From: a virus
Taxonomy: Duplodnaviria; Caudoviricetes
IMG/VR virus record: IMGVR_UViG_3300037606_000073
Coordinates: 1 to 58,832 of that record
Direction: 5' to 3' (one strand)
Length of the DNA: 58,832 bases
The position numbers and the translations under genes are program-made. The notes below the pieces were generated by a model. That model searched no databases. It was given only the letters and a program-made list of their open reading frames with translations, and was not told the origin of the DNA. Below, one piece after another: positions 57,465-58,832 of this stretch (its first letter is position 1; each line of letters starts with the position of its first letter).

Positions 57465-57874
57465 GTAATCACCGTGTATTCTTCGCGTTGGTTGAGGACA
57501 TAGGACAGATTGGCGATTGCGCCTTGAAAGTTCTCGGTCTTGAGGTCCAAGCGCTCCCCACTGCGCAGGTTCTGCTTGCCAAGCTCAATGACGGCAAAAT
57601 CGTTCGGCGGGATGTCCATCCGGTTCAGGATCAAAAACTCAACGCCGTCTGCGTCCACGATCCGCGCCGACAGCTGCAGTGTCTCTGTTGCGTTGTTGGT
57701 AACCATCAGCGAGGTCAGCAGCGCTACGGCCTCGATAGTACGCTCAGGGTTGGGGCCAACCGCAGGGATTAGGTAGTCCGGCGTCTCCAAGACCGTCGTG
57801 TAGAACGACGGGATAACGACGCGGGCTACGTTAAATAGGTTGAGCGGTGGGCGGGGGGTTGTAATCGTAGGCAT
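57461..57874 (-). CDS. Tail-associated protein (allele B of 163..576)
   Basis: 124/137 aa identical to 163..576. Confidence 0.75.
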   Translation of the reverse strand: MPTITTPRPPLNLFNVARVVIPSFYTTVLETPDYLIPAVGPNPERTIEAVALLTSLMVTNNATETLQLSARIVDADGVEFLILNRMDIPPNDFAVIELGKQNLRSGERLDLKTENFQGAIANLSYVLNQREEYTVIT

Positions 57875-57875
57875 G

Positions 57876-58832
57876 TCAGGCTCCTAATGCTTGGATAAGC
57901 GGCAGAGTAATGTTCTGCACGCCACGTGAAAACGCCTGCCCATCGACAGTGCCGCGTTCGAAGTCTACCCGCAAGTCATCCCCGAGGTAGGTGTCCCCGA
58001 GCTCAGTCGAGAACGTGGCGTATATCCGGCCGCCTTCCAGTTTAAGGTTCGCAAAGGCTGGGTCGACAGCCTCACCCGTGCCACGCTGGGAGAACGGCAG
58101 CGAGTTGTAGTTCACCCCCGAGCCGACGTAGCTGAACTGTTGCCCAGTTGCTTCGACCACAGACGGGAACCCCAGTGTAGGTGGCGTCTCGACATTGGTC
58201 TTGATGAGCGTAATCAGCGAGTCCAGCATGTCCTCAGCCGGAGAGGTCAGAGCACAGCGTGCGAGGATTCGTGCTTGGATGATCTCCCAGCTGCGCAGGA
58301 ATATTGGGAGGAGCCCAGCGTCGAAGTGGTACTCAGCGTTCCAGTTGAACAGGCCCTTCACAAAGAACTGCGCCCCGCGGTCTTGCCCAGACCGGAAGTC
58401 GTCCGACAGCTGCTTGAGGAGCGTGGCTGCATCCCGGCGCGTTAAGTCCTCGTTCTCTTGGCTGAAGTTCTGGACCACAACAAACTCATCCGCGAGGAGC
58501 ACATACATCTCCTCGATGATCGTAGCCTGTTGCTCAAGGATTGCGTCTGCTGTTGCAACGTAGACGCCGCGCGGCTGCCCGACAGGGTCAGGGATGCGGA
58601 TCGTGTTGCGGAACCCAGTCGCCACAAGCGCGTAGTCCCCGAAGGTGTTGTTGGAGTTGGCGACCGTAACCTGCCCGCCATCGAGACACCACAGGCCGTA
58701 GCGGCTCCAGTTCGTGAACACCGACACAAGCTGCACAAACGCGTTGCGTTTAATCAGGTAGGCGTAGCCGTTCGGGTTGATCCCTGTAAAGCTGTCGACC
58801 ACCACGGACCGTAGCGGTGAGGAAGGCGCAAG
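57876..58832 (-). CDS. C-terminal part of tail fibre/spike (allele B of 578..3052; 5' end beyond the window)
   Basis: Colinear with 578..1534; the frame stays open to the window edge. Confidence 0.85.
   Translation of the reverse strand, partial: LAPSSPLRSVVVDSFTGINPNGYAYLIKRNAFVQLVSVFTNWSRYGLWCLDGGQVTVANSNNTFGDYALVATGFRNTIRIPDPVGQPRGVYVATADAILEQQATIIEEMYVLLADEFVVVQNFSQENEDLTRRDAATLLKQLSDDFRSGQDRGAQFFVKGLFNWNAEYHFDAGLLPIFLRSWEIIQARILARCALTSPAEDMLDSLITLIKTNVETPPTLGFPSVVEATGQQFSYVGSGVNYNSLPFSQRGTGEAVDPAFANLKLEGGRIYATFSTELGDTYLGDDLRVDFERGTVDGQAFSRGVQNITLPLIQALGA

Larger units (their letters stand above)
57299..58832. repeat. Diverged colinear copy of 1..1534 (allele B)
   Basis: Same offset at both ends, identical flanks, substituted interior. 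Confidence 0.95.

Overview
The window is an essentially complete ~57.3 kb dsDNA tailed-phage genome with podovirus-type architecture. A minus-strand morphogenesis arm (13650->1, continuing 58832->33064) encodes terS, terL, portal, scaffold, major capsid, adaptors, tail fibres (beta-helix, collagen-like, beta-propeller), a GT2-TPR glycosyltransferase, a heme-oxygenase-like gene, lysis genes, a nozzle protein and ejection proteins, including a 2530-aa giant. A plus-strand early/replication arm (14072->33063) encodes a MoxR AAA+/VWA-metallopeptidase module, exonuclease, family A DNA polymerase, PD-(D/E)XK and VRR-NUC nucleases, SNF2 helicase, SSB-like protein, an HTH regulator and a primase/DUF927 helicase. 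Positions 1-1534 and 57299-58832 are colinear but diverged copies of one tail segment, most likely two alleles at a circular assembly junction. The strongest non-obvious signals are at the RNA level. One is a complete type II hammerhead ribozyme with a loop-I pseudoknot (16787-16850) just upstream of the MoxR gene. The other is a candidate self-promoted ~85-nt sRNA with two anti-Shine-Dalgarno loops between terL and portal. Also notable are several direct-repeat-bounded insertions, a 7-blade propeller made of near-identical 156-bp units with reshuffled alleles, a possible collagen-fibre glycosylation module, and an AT-rich origin-like region with iterons and a perfect 30-bp inverted repeat. 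I recognised no integrase, reverse transcriptase, CRISPR array or tRNA. All family assignments come from motifs read by eye, not from database searches.
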